A stretch of 63,558 nt of DNA, counting the filler, from Octopus bimaculoides (Eukaryota), in NCBI RefSeq assembly GCF_001194135.2. It is 4 parts of 3 records of this genome, joined end to end, with 100 filler letters (N's around TTAATTAATTAA, not from the genome) between each part and the next. Parts side by side here need not be neighbours in the genome. Positions count along the whole stretch, not along the records: positions 60,627 to 63,558 come from NW_026438770.1; 3 more parts are not named here. One strand, written 5' to 3'. A model generated the notes under the pieces. That model saw only the letters and a program-made list of their open reading frames with translations, searched no databases and was not told the origin of the DNA. Shown here one piece after another: positions 62,346 through 63,558 of the stretch. Position numbers and translations under genes: made by a program. Numbering within the stretch: the stretch's first letter is position 1; each line of letters opens with the position of its first letter.

Positions 62346-63095
62346 GTATTCAAGAATAATACAACACTTCGCAAATATCTCCTTTGGGTAAAACCACCGA
62401 TAGAAGAGAATATGACCAAAGACTGCGTGTACTCCATCCCATGCGGCTGTGGTAGGTTATACAAAGACGAAACAAGCCGACCCCTCAAAATAAGGGTAGA
62501 GGAACATCGCAAAACTGTGACACAAGGAGATGTCGATAAATTGGATATACCTGATCATGTATGGATAAATGGAGACCACCTCCCCCTGTGGGATGAAGTT
62601 AAAATAATAGACAGAGAACATTACTGGAAAATAGGAAAACTAAAAGAAGCAGCACATATGTTAGGACACAACAACCTCCTAAGCAGACCGAGTGCAGATA
62701 TGGGCAGCATATGGGAACCAGTATTAAGGAAGGATAGAAAAATATTAGATTTATAAGCCCTAAAATTCAGTCCATAATTGCCCACAGGCATATGGCGTAG
62801 TGGTTAAGAGCGTGGGATACTAACCCCAAGATTCCAAGTCTGATTCCAGGCAGTGACCTCAATAATAATAATAAGTAATAATAATAATAATAATAATGAT
62901 AATAATAATAATAACAACAACAACATCGAAAAATACCTTAGGAATGAGAACCCAGGTTTGAAATTTCCCCAAGACACTTGATGAAGGCTGGAGAGTATAT
63001 CAGCTGAAACGTTGTGTTAACAACAAACAAGATGAGGACAAATATCCGTCAAATGTAAATAATGTACATAATTCCTCATCTCTTAAATATAGTAC
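62346..63095 (+). mobile_element. 5'-truncated Penelope-like element: open GIY-YIG ORF (to 62756) plus a 3' region with tRNA-like module, (AAT)n and hammerhead-like motif
   Basis: CVYSIPCGCGRLYKDETSRPLKIRVEEH...REHYWKIGKLKEAAHM (GIY-YIG; YIGET drifted to YKDET); A box tggcgtagtgg 62793-62803. Confidence 0.88.
62973..63018 (+). ncRNA. Minimal type I hammerhead-like motif (C3U, extra A after A9)
   Basis: gacac-UUGAUGA-a-ggcug-(10)-cagcu-GAA-ACGU-U-guguu. Confidence 0.55.
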
Positions 63096-63484
63096 TGTAT
63101 GGTCAATGTCTCTATAGCAGACTTTCCAAGTTTAAGGCAAAATTTCACCTTGGCTATTTGTTCCTGTCCACGACAAAATTGCAGATTACAGCACACGTGA
63201 TTACAAAAACAAACTTCACAGCTTGCGAAGTAAACACAGCGATGTCACACGACACACTGCCTCATGAAGGTCACTGCTAGCTCTCACTGCACATGCAACA
63301 ATGTGCTGCCATCTGTTGGTGCGCAACAAAACTAGTTTGTAAACATTTTGATGCTACCTTGTAAATGCTAAAGGGCTAATAAACTAAGAAGAGGTGTAGG
63401 AGCAGAAAGAAAAAAATAAATGTACTCTTTATATTGTTTTTACTAAACCATACACACACACACACACACACATTCATATGTATC

Positions 63485-63558
63485 TTTTTTTCTTTTACTC
63501 ATCTCAGTCATTAGACTGTGGCCATGCTAGGGCACCACCGTAAAGAGATTTTAGTCAA
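63485..63558 (-). mobile_element. SINE A tail (runs off the window)
   Basis: tcttttactcatctcagtcattagactgtggccatgctagggcaccacc. Confidence 0.85.

Noticed and set aside
62785-62860. Functional tRNA gene
   Set aside because: The B box is degenerate, stems are incomplete and the apparent ACT anticodon is atypical. All tRNA-like segments in the window are SINE-type heads.
151-63280. Most ORFs in the six-frame track (YI, CV, HT, X-rich)
   Set aside because: They are translations of microsatellites or read-through of N gaps.

Overview
AT-rich, microsatellite-saturated animal DNA. From memory, the SINE families and simple repeats resemble an Octopus/coleoid cephalopod draft assembly; this is inference and was not searched. 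Three identical 100-bp artificial linkers (44N-TTAATTAATTAA-44N) show that the window is probably four concatenated pieces (1-25437, 25538-41261, 41362-60526, 60627-63558), so adjacency across them is not biological. No complete, nameable host gene is present, and almost all ORFs in the track are microsatellite or N-gap artefacts. Recognisable content: three tRNA-headed SINE families (labelled A, B, C here) and two other dispersed repeats (E, F); two Penelope-like elements (GIY-YIG); an L1-group (Tx1-like) LINE in three pieces; a CR1/Jockey-type RT scrap; and Tc1, mariner, piggyBac-type and possibly Helitron-type DNA elements. Most interesting signals: (1) four dispersed minimal type I hammerhead-ribozyme-like motifs with palindromic helix III, one near-canonical (50465-50531), one with an apparent U3-A8 covariation, and one in a Penelope 3' end that also carries a tRNA-like module; (2) a SINE B / Tx1-like LINE pair sharing a 3' tail and stacking in (ATT)n tracts; (3) nested inverted repeats around a well-signalled candidate exon; (4) a perfect RFX X-box plus CCAAT box upstream of a two-exon candidate ORF. 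All alignments, translations and folds were done by eye; boundaries of diverged repeats are approximate.
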